IMG/VR virus record: IMGVR_UViG_3300045988_110372
Span: 1 to 64,000 of that record
From: a virus
Direction: 5' to 3' (one strand)
DNA length: 64,000 nt
Shown in pieces: positions 27,105-36,410 of the stretch; positions within the stretch are counted from its first letter, which is position 1; each line of letters opens with the position of its first letter. Below the pieces are notes generated by a model, which worked only from the letters and a program-made list of their open reading frames with translations, made no database searches and was not told where the DNA came from. Position numbers and translations under genes: made by a program.

Positions 27105-29768
27105 CTAACTCCAAAAACTATCGTCAAATACGTTTGCCTTATCCAATCCTAAATCGTTATCCTCTTCCAACGCCACTTCCGAAGCTATAAGCTCCTGACC
27201 GTATTCGTATTTCAACAGAGGAAGCATCCTCATTGCAATAGGGTCTAGCAAGTCCATAGACCTGTTCTTTCCCAACATCTGATTCATTTCCTTCTTGTTG
27301 AAAAGCGTCTTTTTACCACTGGGCAAACCTTTCCATCTCACGACAGAACACTCTTCTATAAATTCCGTCTTTATCGTAATGGGATTGCTCATTCTCTTGT
27401 GAGGATAAATAGCTTCCGCAATAGAATCCTCAAATGAAAGCAAACCTCTCTTTATAACCTCTACCAATCGTCCGTAGCACTCGTCCTTCATGTTGTAGTG
27501 CATACGCCAATACAACCCATTTGGTCTGTTGTATGATTTAAAACCTATCGCACCGTTGATATAGTCGTTTATATAAGCAGCCCTAATAGCATCGTAGATT
27601 ATATGATTGTCAGGTATTCCGTGTCTTTCTGCCATCTGCATCAGCATCTCTGCGTTAAGTCGTGGCGTACTTGTACATAATATCTTATAGTCTATGATAT
27701 GCAGACCGTTCCAAACAAGTATTACCGTGTTATCGTCACCAGTGTCAGCCAAGTCTGCCGTTATCCATTTGTCGTTGTTCTTTCGTGGGTCGTTGTTGAA
27801 AACGCTTTCGGCAGTAGCGTATGGGATAGGTGCTTCTGCATCGTTTTTTAAAGATACATTCCAATTACCTTCAATAAGCTGTTGTGCCTGCCTTCCACCA
27901 ACTGCTGCAACACTACCAGCGTAGTCCATATTGTTACCGATAGAAGCCTTGTTCTCTGACATTCTACCTAAATAGAATGTAAAGCTTTTTATAAGGTTCT
28001 TATATGTAAACCCACCACCTAAAGATTTTATCTTTCTATCAATATCGTCCCTGCATTTTCTGTAAACTTCTTCTTTTGAATCACCCCAAACAACATCGTC
28101 TACATTCTCTCCTTGAAGATAGAAGTATCTCACGACACCGTTTCTATCTTCCATTATTTGCCCATCCAATCCAACATACCAATCAATGAATTTTCTAACC
28201 CAGCAGTCTTTTTCGGGGTTTGTAGTTCCTCTGAATTTGCCCGACCATTTGGCTTTACCACGGTTACGTGATAGTAGATATTTGAACGTAGAAAACTCAT
28301 ACGAAGTCAATTCGTCCATATATATTAAGTCGTACTGGCTACCTTTCCAAGTTTCAGTTACCTTTCGTATATTTTCATCGTTAATCTGCCTGAAATCAAC
28401 AAACGCCCCTGACGGAAACCTTACACGTGGAGGGTCTGTTGATTTCACTTCAATGTGATTACCATAGGCAGATTTAAAATCGTCTGTCAAAGAACCACCA
28501 CCTTTCAATTCCGAGAATGTTCTTCGTGTGAAACATGCACGGAAATTTGGGTCTAATGATGGCTCGGCAACAGAAAGGATTGCAGCAAAAGACTTTCCGC
28601 AGTTCCTTGTTATAACGTATCCATCTGTTAAATATATATGCTCGTTACCCGAAACATTTATACATCTAACATTTTTTTTGCCGACAAGTTTATAATCCAT
28701 AATGCTTAGCATTGTGCTACATTTTCTGTCTTTTTCAGTTATAGCCTTATTTTTTTTTCTATCTAAGCAAAACAAATCTTTATCATTCTTAGTCCACACT
28801 AACAATCCGTAAGATTTAGCACAGTTTACCTCTTTCCCATTTTGTATTCTTTTTGTTTTATCTGTAATGTGTATTGAACATCTTCCACCTATACTCCATA
28901 TTAATTCTTGAATATCATTTGCCAAATTTTCACTTGTTGTCCTGTAAGAAACTCTGCTTTTCCTATTTGTGCTAGATTGGGAGCAGCAGCCATCTGTATC
29001 GAACAGCCCTCTTATAAGCTCCATTCTGTCTTCTATACTTGAATACTTATATATGTTAGGTATAAATTTATCATAAGACAATTTGCCCCACAATCCAAGT
29101 TCCTTCAAATACTCAACAACTTCTTTATTTCTGATGCAATAATGCAGGCTATTCTTATTTTTACTTTCTTTAACTATATCATATCCTAACCCTTTTATTC
29201 TTTCAATAGTTTGATAATCCTTAGAATGGCAAGCAAGGTCAGCTCTATGTAACTTATTAGATAAACAACCATCGCCTATTAGACAACCTAGTAAATACGG
29301 ATGTATTTTAAGATTATCTTTTTTGTAAAAAGATACAGGCTGAGTAAGAGGTATTCTCAATCTATTCACATGTCTTTTATCCCTATTCTTAGATTTATCA
29401 ATATATTTTATAATATCTTCGGAAGAAATATCAATAATATTTCCATGCCTTTCTTTTACCATCCAACGGTGAGAAAGAGCACTCTGAACCTTCCTTCCAT
29501 CTTGTAACGTAAACTCAACAACATCTTGTAGTCCTTTGTCTATTACAAAATTAACCACTTGATTTCCACCCATTGGATTATGTATTATATCTCCTACCTT
29601 TATATCTCCCATTTTTCTAAATCCGTCAGGAGTTGATATTAAGGCATCCATTGGTTGAGGGTTGAGTACCCCTCCGCCTATAACCACGTCTATATTGCTG
29701 CGGACGAAATTTTCTTGAAATCCTTCCTGCGGTCTGATAATTCTTATTTCACTTTCTTCATTTGCCAT
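27105..29768 (-). CDS. terL: terminase large subunit, interrupted by an intein
   Basis: The exteins give a P-loop 'VVIGGG|CGKSFAAIL', a Walker B 'YDLIYMDELTSYE' and a C-terminal nuclease-like half. A 356-aa insertion has Hint and LAGLIDADG motifs. Confidence 0.9.
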   Translation of the reverse strand: MANEESEIRIIRPQEGFQENFVRSNIDVVIGGGVLNPQPMDALISTPDGFRKMGDIKVGDIIHNPMGGNQVVNFVIDKGLQDVVEFTLQDGRKVQSALSHRWMVKERHGNIIDISSEDIIKYIDKSKNRDKRHVNRLRIPLTQPVSFYKKDNLKIHPYLLGCLIGDGCLSNKLHRADLACHSKDYQTIERIKGLGYDIVKESKNKNSLHYCIRNKEVVEYLKELGLWGKLSYDKFIPNIYKYSSIEDRMELIRGLFDTDGCCSQSSTNRKSRVSYRTTSENLANDIQELIWSIGGRCSIHITDKTKRIQNGKEVNCAKSYGLLVWTKNDKDLFCLDRKKNKAITEKDRKCSTMLSIMDYKLVGKKNVRCINVSGNEHIYLTDGYVITRNCGKSFAAILSVAEPSLDPNFRACFTRRTFSELKGGGSLTDDFKSAYGNHIEVKSTDPPRVRFPSGAFVDFRQINDENIRKVTETWKGSQYDLIYMDELTSYEFSTFKYLLSRNRGKAKWSGKFRGTTNPEKDCWVRKFIDWYVGLDGQIMEDRNGVVRYFYLQGENVDDVVWGDSKEEVYRKCRDDIDRKIKSLGGGFTYKNLIKSFTFYLGRMSENKASIGNNMDYAGSVAAVGGRQAQQLIEGNWNVSLKNDAEAPIPYATAESVFNNDPRKNNDKWITADLADTGDDNTVILVWNGLHIIDYKILCTSTPRLNAEMLMQMAERHGIPDNHIIYDAIRAAYINDYINGAIGFKSYNRPNGLYWRMHYNMKDECYGRLVEVIKRGLLSFEDSIAEAIYPHKRMSNPITIKTEFIEECSVVRWKGLPSGKKTLFNKKEMNQMLGKNRSMDLLDPIAMRMLPLLKYEYGQELIASEVALEEDNDLGLDKANVFDDSFWS
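28602..29669 (-). mobile_element. intein (Hint domain plus LAGLIDADG homing endonuclease) in the TerL P-loop, class-3-like
   Basis: The element spans residues 34-389.
- N-terminal Hint block: 'ALISTPDGFRKMGDIKVGD'.
- Block B: 'ALSHRW'.
- LAGLIDADG motifs: 'LLGCLIGDGCL' and 'LIRGLFDTDGCC'.
- Blocks F and G: 'VRCINVSGNEHIYLTDGYVITRN', followed by Cys at +1.
The N-terminal boundary is inferred from restoring the sequence GGGCGKS. Confidence 0.75.
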
Positions 29769-30763
29769 TAATCACTCTCCCACACTTCGTAGGCTAGCAA
29801 TGATTTGTATGCTTTTTCAGAAATCAAGCCTTTACTGAAATAATCTTCGGCAATGTCTTTAATATATGCTTCCTTTTCTTTCTTATAAGCTTGAAATGCT
29901 TCTTTTTCAGTATTGAACCGCCCCAAGTAAACTTGCTCTCCACCTTTTGATAATCTTGAACTAAAAGTTCCTTGTTTCGTTTTACTGACACCAATCATTG
30001 TGTCGCCACGATTTTTATCTGATTTTGTAAATAACGTATTAATAAATCTAGGTACTATCAGACATGTGTCGGGGCTGTAAGCCTTGTTTCCGTGAACCAT
30101 AATATCCTTGTCAAGTTCATATCCGTCTTTGTACCCATTTTCAGGATTTTCAAACCATTCCCTGAAATTTTTATAATGAAGCCATTCTTCGCAAACATAA
30201 GCATCTTTATATGTCAGATTCTCGGCTTTATAATCTTCGCAATAACATCTTCTAAGCATGTGCATCCACGCTGAATATGCTGGATAGTATTTACCGTCTT
30301 TATCTACACAGAATCTTTCATCATCGTTTATCCCAGCACCGTAAACCAATTCCCCTCTTGAAGATTTAGATATAGCCTCTTTCGCATAACATTCGCAACC
30401 GCTTCCTCTTGATATATGACTATTAGGAATTATCCAAAATTCCTTGCCACACCTTTTACATATTAAGCAAACTTTAGTATGTGAATCTACATACTCTACC
30501 TTTGAATAGTCATATCTACCTCCGTGTATTTTCTTTGACTTTTCTATAAAGTATTCCTTACCCATTACAACGCCGCTACACTTCGCACATTTGCACCCCT
30601 GAAGATGTATTCTTGGTAATACCCAAAATTCTCCGTGTTCGGGGCAGATAACACATACTTTTGTGTTGTTGTTTACATATTCAACCTTTGAGTAATCATA
30701 CTCATCTCCGTGAACTTTTCTTGCTTCTGCAATAAACTGTTCCGTTGTTTTTCTTTTTCCCAT
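29768..30763 (-). CDS. free-standing homing-endonuclease-like protein (2 Zn-ribbon repeats plus an AP2-type domain)
   Basis: Two 'HG..YDYSKVEY...TKVC.IC..HGEFW...C.C' repeats are followed by 'CEEWLHYKNFREWF...LDKDIMVHGNKAYSPDTCLIVP' and the AP2-like 'VYLGRFNTEKEAFQAY'. It is paralogous to 6431-7129 and to the 19461-20494 pseudogene. Confidence 0.7.
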   Translation of the reverse strand: MGKRKTTEQFIAEARKVHGDEYDYSKVEYVNNNTKVCVICPEHGEFWVLPRIHLQGCKCAKCSGVVMGKEYFIEKSKKIHGGRYDYSKVEYVDSHTKVCLICKRCGKEFWIIPNSHISRGSGCECYAKEAISKSSRGELVYGAGINDDERFCVDKDGKYYPAYSAWMHMLRRCYCEDYKAENLTYKDAYVCEEWLHYKNFREWFENPENGYKDGYELDKDIMVHGNKAYSPDTCLIVPRFINTLFTKSDKNRGDTMIGVSKTKQGTFSSRLSKGGEQVYLGRFNTEKEAFQAYKKEKEAYIKDIAEDYFSKGLISEKAYKSLLAYEVWESD

Positions 30764-30882
30764 AATTCTAAAATTTTAAAAAATTAACTTAATTCCACAA
30801 TTCACAAAAATAAAGGGAAGGGCGAATCATGGAAAGTCCCTTTTCGAAAGGTTAATTACTCCTTTCTATCCCTTTACATACG

Positions 30883-30890
30883 CAAATATA
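30883..30890 (-). promoter_or_regulatory. candidate -7 box for leftward transcription
   Basis: The minus strand reads 'TATATTTG' within the divergent intergenic region. Confidence 0.3.
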
Positions 30891-30928
30891 CAAATAAATA
30901 ATATAAATATAAATATGTATCTAAAAAG

Positions 30929-30947
30929 TTAGTTCATAGTGAACTAA
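30929..30947. promoter_or_regulatory. perfect palindrome, operator-like
   Basis: 'TTAGTTCA-TAG-TGAACTAA' lies in the divergent promoter region between the packaging and morphogenesis operons. Confidence 0.4.
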
Positions 30948-30986
30948 GTTGATAGCAATTCCTATTGTAATGATTACAAAAGTGTT

Positions 30987-30994
30987 TATATTTG
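30987..30994 (+). promoter_or_regulatory. candidate -7 box for the morphogenesis operon
   Basis: 'TATATTTG' lies about 30 nt upstream of the ATG at 31026. Confidence 0.4.
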
Positions 30995-31025
30995 CGATAA
31001 GTTAAATTTTTATAATTGCAAGTTT

Positions 31026-31673
31026 ATGAAATTCACTAAGGAAGAAGCCTTTGAAAGCCTCAAAGGTATTTTGACGAATAGCGGCAAGAAACCCTTGCGC
31101 ATGTCGGAAAGAAGCATACAGAAGCAGTTAGAATCCCTAATGCCTCTAGTTGCGAATGATGAAATGGAATTGAATGACTTCATTGCAAAGGTGAAAGATA
31201 CTTTCAGCGTAATGAACTCAAATGCCGAAAAGGACAATTCCGATTTTGTCAATCAATGGAAAAAGGAACATCCCGACCAAGAACCTAAACCTGCTGGTAG
31301 CAGTGATTCGGACAATCCGCAGATTAAAACTCTTATGGATGAAATCAAGGCGATGCGAGAAGAAATGAACGCAGGCAAGCGTGAAAATGCTATCAAGGCA
31401 AAACGTAACGAGCTTGCTTCGGCTTTGAAGAAGAAAGGTGTAAAGGATGAGGAATGGATGAGTGATTTTCTTTCGGAAATCAATATTACGGAAGATATGG
31501 ATGTTGATGTTAAGGCAGATTCTTTCCTTAAAATTTACAACCGTTCAAGAGCAGATGTCGGTGACGGGGCTAGTCCTAAAAATGCTTCCAACGGTGATAC
31601 CAAGAAATATAAAACTATGTTCGAGGACATCAGAAAAGAAAGAGAGAAGATGCAGGAGAACGAAAAAGTCTAA
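31026..31673 (+). CDS. putative scaffolding protein (215 aa)
   Basis: Highly charged and predicted helical, with no Cys or Trp clusters. It is the first gene of the head block, upstream of the capsid genes. The call rests on position. Confidence 0.5.
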   Translation: MKFTKEEAFESLKGILTNSGKKPLRMSERSIQKQLESLMPLVANDEMELNDFIAKVKDTFSVMNSNAEKDNSDFVNQWKKEHPDQEPKPAGSSDSDNPQIKTLMDEIKAMREEMNAGKRENAIKAKRNELASALKKKGVKDEEWMSDFLSEINITEDMDVDVKADSFLKIYNRSRADVGDGASPKNASNGDTKKYKTMFEDIRKEREKMQENEKV

Positions 31674-31697
31674 CAAATTAAACAAGGAGAAGAAAGA

Positions 31698-32432
31698 ATG
31701 AGTAATTATTATGATGCTTACAGAGTGCCCGGAGTTGCTTATGCAAGGGTACAATTAAGTGCTGCTGGTGATATTGGAGGTCAACGTTCGGTGTTCGTTG
31801 ATATTAGCGGACAGAAAAACGATTTGGTTGCTCCTACATTCGGTGCTACTTGGATGAATCCTTTCAAAGGATTTGCTAAAATCTATGCAGGTGACTTGTT
31901 TGAGTTCAGAACAGACGACAAGGGTGAACATCCCGAAGCTTATCTGTTGAAAACATTCAAGGTCAAATCACAGTCAACCACTACTATTAAAATCTACCGT
32001 GACGGATATTCACATGTTCCGTTTGTAGGTGACGTATTGATGAAAGCACCTGATACTATCGGTGCTGAAGGCGGTCAGGCTTCTAAGGTTACTTCCGTAA
32101 CTGAATCTATTGACGGTGGCAAAGACGTTTGGGAAGTTGTTGTAGATACTGAAATTGCAAGTCTGACTGACGGTGATATTTTGGTTGAAGCACAAGATAA
32201 ATCACAAACTGCTACTGGTACAATGCTTGTGAAGAATATCAGTGCTGTTGCTCCGTGTGACTATGACTTCGTTTACTATCCTATGACTAACAACTACAAG
32301 GATGTAAGCAAGGTACGTGTAAACATTACACCGATGCTGCACAGCACAATGTACATTCACAAGATGTCGCCTATGCCTAAATGTGTGTTGGATTTGAACA
32401 AGAGCCGTATCAACGGTTGGTATGAGGTTTAA
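31698..32432 (+). CDS. capsid-associated protein, decoration-like or minor capsid (244 aa)
   Basis: It sits between the scaffold-like and capsid-like genes and is preceded by 'AAGGAGAAG'. No motif recognised. Confidence 0.4.
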   Translation: MSNYYDAYRVPGVAYARVQLSAAGDIGGQRSVFVDISGQKNDLVAPTFGATWMNPFKGFAKIYAGDLFEFRTDDKGEHPEAYLLKTFKVKSQSTTTIKIYRDGYSHVPFVGDVLMKAPDTIGAEGGQASKVTSVTESIDGGKDVWEVVVDTEIASLTDGDILVEAQDKSQTATGTMLVKNISAVAPCDYDFVYYPMTNNYKDVSKVRVNITPMLHSTMYIHKMSPMPKCVLDLNKSRINGWYEV

Positions 32433-32451
32433 TTAAAGAAGGAGGTAAGAA

Positions 32452-33618
32452 ATGGCAAAATTCGATATTAAAAACAGCATGTACGCACAATTCTATTCGG
32501 ATGCTACAATGCTGCGTACTTACGTAAACGAAGATGCTCTTTTGCGCACCAATTTCGGTTTTTGGAGAAGTCAGTTTGAAATCAATCCTGAAACTACTCC
32601 TACCGATGAAAAGGGCGTAGCGGCTTATCATGTTGAGGAAGTTATTGAAACCATAGCTCCGATGGCAGAAGTACGTGCCCCGCTTGGTCGTTCTAAGGCT
32701 ATTGACCGTGAAGGAACAGCGTGGAGAACTGGTACTATTCCTGACTTGATTTCTTTCGGTTACTACGAAAACGCTTTTGAAAGAAGCTATGAAAATGACA
32801 TCTTAGACCAGTACGGTCGTGACAAGGCACTTATCATGCAGTGGACTAAACAAGTTCAGAAGCAGGTGGATTCACTGAATCAGGCTTTGTCAAACATGTC
32901 TGCACAGTTACTGTCTACTGGTAAGATTGACTACACAAACGGTCGTGGTCTGAAATACTACCATGACATGCAGTTGCCTAAAGAAAATATTCAGAAGGCA
33001 GGTACAGGTGCTTGGGCTACCAAGTCTACAAAGATTTTAGACCAAATGGCTAAGATTGAGAATGACTTCCGCATGAAAACTGGTTTTGAAGGTGCTATGA
33101 AATGGCAGATTCCTTACGATATGTGGATGAATACATTCCTGACTAACGAGCAGGTAATTGAATGGGTTAAATTCTCTAAGGCACTTGTAGGAATCACTGT
33201 TCCCGAAACATCTATCGTAACTCCTGACGAAGCAAATATTGCTATCGCTAAGTACGGTAAGATTTCACCTATTGAAATTATCGTTGAAAAACAGAACAAC
33301 TTCTCTACAATGGTTAGCGGATGGAAGAGCAACATGGCTGTATTGCGTCCTGCGGGATATGCTGGTTACATCATGCACACAGACATTCTTGACAAGAAGA
33401 TGCACGACAGAGCAGGTGCTAAATCTGTATCTAAGGTGTTTGCTCCTGTTGGTGAAGGCGGTCTGTTCACATTGATTAACATCAACCGTGACAACGGTGA
33501 CTATCAGGAATGGTCTACTGAAACAGTTGTTTCTGCTGCTCCTACATTGACAGAATTTACAAAACACATTCTTGTCAAGACAGACGAGGCAGGTGAAGGA
33601 ACTACAACTTTGGATTAA
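32452..33618 (+). CDS. putative major capsid protein (388 aa)
   Basis: A strong 'AAGGAGG' lies 6 nt upstream of the ATG. Size, position and composition fit a major capsid protein, possibly of the lambda gpE-like family. No direct motif proof. Confidence 0.6.
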   Translation: MAKFDIKNSMYAQFYSDATMLRTYVNEDALLRTNFGFWRSQFEINPETTPTDEKGVAAYHVEEVIETIAPMAEVRAPLGRSKAIDREGTAWRTGTIPDLISFGYYENAFERSYENDILDQYGRDKALIMQWTKQVQKQVDSLNQALSNMSAQLLSTGKIDYTNGRGLKYYHDMQLPKENIQKAGTGAWATKSTKILDQMAKIENDFRMKTGFEGAMKWQIPYDMWMNTFLTNEQVIEWVKFSKALVGITVPETSIVTPDEANIAIAKYGKISPIEIIVEKQNNFSTMVSGWKSNMAVLRPAGYAGYIMHTDILDKKMHDRAGAKSVSKVFAPVGEGGLFTLININRDNGDYQEWSTETVVSAAPTLTEFTKHILVKTDEAGEGTTTLD

Positions 33619-33634
33619 TTTAGGGTAATGTATT

Positions 33635-33991
33635 ATGGTGCAGTTTGATATTATAGAATATATTTCCACATTGGCTGGTAATTTTGTGATGGATGCCTCG
33701 CTGTGCAAACGTATTGCAATGGAAAGGGGCGTACTTGACGTAACGGATTTTTCTCAGCTTGAACAGAAACAGAAAGATTTGCTGTTAGCTGATGTTTTGT
33801 TTGCCATGTACCTTTCCCCAAATTCTTCTTCTAGTATAACACAGCAGCATGGGGCTTATTCAAAGACAGTAGGTAGTCAGACGATTAATGACAAGAAAGG
33901 TATCTATAATACGATGATTGCATTATATAGAAAATGGGATGATGAGAAACTGAGCAGTGTCGAAGAGGGCACTGTTCAGTGGCTTGAATAA
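33635..33991 (+). CDS. putative head-tail connector / head completion protein (118 aa)
   Basis: Small ORF immediately after the capsid gene. Synteny only. Confidence 0.4.
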   Translation: MVQFDIIEYISTLAGNFVMDASLCKRIAMERGVLDVTDFSQLEQKQKDLLLADVLFAMYLSPNSSSSITQQHGAYSKTVGSQTINDKKGIYNTMIALYRKWDDEKLSSVEEGTVQWLE

Positions 33992-34011
33992 TATATATAA
34001 AATGTAGCTTT

Positions 34012-34356
34012 ATGATTGCAGACAAGAACCTTATACAAGAATATCCGTTTGATGGTGCTTTCTACCGTTTGGAGAAAGATATGAGCAAGCCGCCTTCTCA
34101 GCAAAAGTTGGAAGAGGTGCTTGTCTTTGAAACCAAGTGTGACATTCAGGAGGCACAGAAGAGTGATTCTTCGGGGGTGTTCGCTTCTACATACAATGTA
34201 TATTTCCCTTTTGACAAGGATAAGGGTGTTGGCGTAGAGAAAGGAATGGTGTTCAAAGGTTCTTTCTACGGTGTTAAGGTTGAGGGAGAGATATTCGGGC
34301 TTTTTCCTACACAGCTTGGCGGTTGTGCGGTTTACTTAAAAGACAGAAAGGTATGA
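34012..34356 (+). CDS. putative head-tail adaptor (114 aa)
   Basis: Synteny only. Confidence 0.4.
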   Translation: MIADKNLIQEYPFDGAFYRLEKDMSKPPSQQKLEEVLVFETKCDIQEAQKSDSSGVFASTYNVYFPFDKDKGVGVEKGMVFKGSFYGVKVEGEIFGLFPTQLGGCAVYLKDRKV

Positions 34357-34808
34357 GCAGTTTCAAGGACAAATACATACAGAAATATGCCGAGAAACTG
34401 GCAGACGATGGAAGAAAGCTGATAAATAAAGCCTTTCTCACCGCAGACTTCAAAAAGGACAAGACACAGAACTTGCACGATTCATACGGATGTGCGGTGT
34501 ATTACAACAGAAGGCTGGTATTCGGTACTAAGAGATTGTTGTCACCACGTGCAAACGAGCCTAGATACAACAAGTATTCAGGTCAGAACGAATACGGATA
34601 TAACGAGATAAACGACTTTCTTGATTCGTATAGACCAAGCGGTGATGGACTTGTATTAGTTATTGCAGTAGCAATGTTCTATGGCGAGATACTTGAAAAG
34701 AAAAAAGGAAGTCTAAAGAGGAAATACAATGTTATTTCGGGTGTAAGTTCTGACATAAAAGCTTTGGCAGACAAATATAAAGGTACGGTAAGAGATGTAA
34801 ATTTGTGA
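34353..34808 (+). CDS. putative head-tail joining / tail completion protein (151 aa)
   Basis: I chose the ATG at 34353, which forms an ATGA overlap with the upstream stop, over the track start at 34323. Synteny only. Confidence 0.4.
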   Translation: MSSFKDKYIQKYAEKLADDGRKLINKAFLTADFKKDKTQNLHDSYGCAVYYNRRLVFGTKRLLSPRANEPRYNKYSGQNEYGYNEINDFLDSYRPSGDGLVLVIAVAMFYGEILEKKKGSLKRKYNVISGVSSDIKALADKYKGTVRDVNL

Positions 34809-35194
34809 TTATGATAAAGGATAGTCTTGAAATACAGAATGTGTATGATTTCTTTCACGGTCTTTTCTACGGAGAAGATAAGCTGACGCTGAACTTATAT
34901 TTTGACCGTTTGCCTGACGGTATAGAGAGAGAATTGAACGAAATGGTTCTCGTTGACATATCGGATGCCATTCAGGATTTAGGAGGGTGTGGGAAAGCTA
35001 CGATAGCGGTATATTGCTATGCAGTACCCGATGGGGAAGTCAGTCTTGGCGATATAGATAAGAAACTTTTCCAACTTATAAAAAGCTACAAAAGCGAACA
35101 TTATTTCATTGCAAGGGATAAGACGTACCCTGACTATGACTACGAAAGAGGTATGGATTGTCACGTTACCTTGTTGAATTTATTGATTGTTTAA
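34805..35194 (+). CDS. putative tail terminator / completion protein (129 aa)
   Basis: The start overlaps the upstream stop. Synteny only. Confidence 0.4.
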   Translation: MIMIKDSLEIQNVYDFFHGLFYGEDKLTLNLYFDRLPDGIERELNEMVLVDISDAIQDLGGCGKATIAVYCYAVPDGEVSLGDIDKKLFQLIKSYKSEHYFIARDKTYPDYDYERGMDCHVTLLNLLIV

Positions 35195-35215
35195 ACTTTA
35201 AAAACAGATATAATT

Positions 35216-35797
35216 ATGGCAATAACAAACAATGCTCTTGATAAAAACAAGATTTTGCTTTACGGATTGACAGAGTTGAAGCTTATTCCGTATGCAGGTG
35301 ATGCTTTGGGTACAAAGTCTTTCACATTTGACACTTTGCTTGCGGATAGTGTTTCCTTGCAGCAGGATGAAAATACAATCAACCAGCGTGACTGTGAAAC
35401 TAAGTCTGAACCTGCAATTAAGAACGTAGTATTGGGTTCTTGGCAGTTTGCAGCTACTTCACTTGACTTGCAGGGTGAAATCCTTGCTAACTTCGGTGGC
35501 TGGGTTGCTGGTAGCACTGATACCGATGTATATCTTGCACCTTCCGCTTACAAGACACTTTACGCTATGGCTATCATGAAATTCGGTTCTAGCGACATGT
35601 GCGTAGTATGTCCGAAGATTCAGATTGACGCTCGTGCGGTACTTGCTTCACTGAAAACAAGTTCAAGTGAATGTGCTATTTCAGGTACAGCCGTTGAAGG
35701 CGAATTGACTGTTGACAGCGGCAAGAAGAAAGCTACTGTTGCTTTTGTTCCTGCTGGAAAGCTTGAAACAGTTATCCCTGAATTGGCTGGGGAATAA
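35216..35797 (+). CDS. putative major tail (tube) protein (193 aa)
   Basis: It lies directly upstream of the chaperone frameshift pair and the tape measure, which is the canonical siphovirus gene order. Confidence 0.55.
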   Translation: MAITNNALDKNKILLYGLTELKLIPYAGDALGTKSFTFDTLLADSVSLQQDENTINQRDCETKSEPAIKNVVLGSWQFAATSLDLQGEILANFGGWVAGSTDTDVYLAPSAYKTLYAMAIMKFGSSDMCVVCPKIQIDARAVLASLKTSSSECAISGTAVEGELTVDSGKKKATVAFVPAGKLETVIPELAGE

Positions 35798-35882
35798 TTG
35801 GAGAGTAACAAAACTCTATAAAAGGAAAGGGTGGTGGTAGTTTTGCCACTGCCCTTTTTGGTTATAAAACGGTATATGAATT

Positions 35883-36410
35883 ATGGCTACAAGAAGAAAG
35901 AAAGAAATAAAGGAAGTATCATTGGAAGCAATGGAAAGACTTGCTCAGATTATGAACGACAGTCCTACTATTGCTAAAATGGGGAAAACAGAGTTTCCTA
36001 TTACGGCTTTAAAACCCGGCACTCAATGGCTGATAGCGGAAGAATCGTGTAAGATACAAAAGGCAGAGAAAGGGAATATGGTCGATATAATCAAGCAGTA
36101 TTCGGTTAATTTGCCCTCTGTTGCTCACGTAATAGTATTGGCTATCCTTAACGACAAAGACCGTATTTTCAGTGATTACAAACGTAAAATATACAGTGAG
36201 GAATACGAAGCTGTACGTGACACGATAATGTGGAATACCAATCAGAAATACTGGATAGGTCTTTTGGTAGAGATTATGAACATGCTTTCGATGGACTATT
36301 TTTTCGAGAGTACCAACGCTATAACAATGATAAGGGAGATGGCGTTGGGGATAAAGACGAGGATGGACGAACAGAAATCATTGTCAGCAGAACAGAATAC
36401 GGACAGATGA
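35883..36410 (+). CDS. tail assembly chaperone (G-like, 175 aa)
   Basis: It lies immediately upstream of the tape measure and contains a slippery heptamer, with an overlapping -1 frame ORF. Confidence 0.7.
   Translation: MATRRKKEIKEVSLEAMERLAQIMNDSPTIAKMGKTEFPITALKPGTQWLIAEESCKIQKAEKGNMVDIIKQYSVNLPSVAHVIVLAILNDKDRIFSDYKRKIYSEEYEAVRDTIMWNTNQKYWIGLLVEIMNMLSMDYFFESTNAITMIREMALGIKTRMDEQKSLSAEQNTDR

Noticed and set aside
26404-27108. A 234-aa + strand ORF spans the portal start and the upstream gene.
   Set aside because: It is antisense to two tightly coupled minus-strand genes. Its composition is hydrophobic and Leu/Val/Phe-rich, typical of antisense translation of AT-rich coding DNA.
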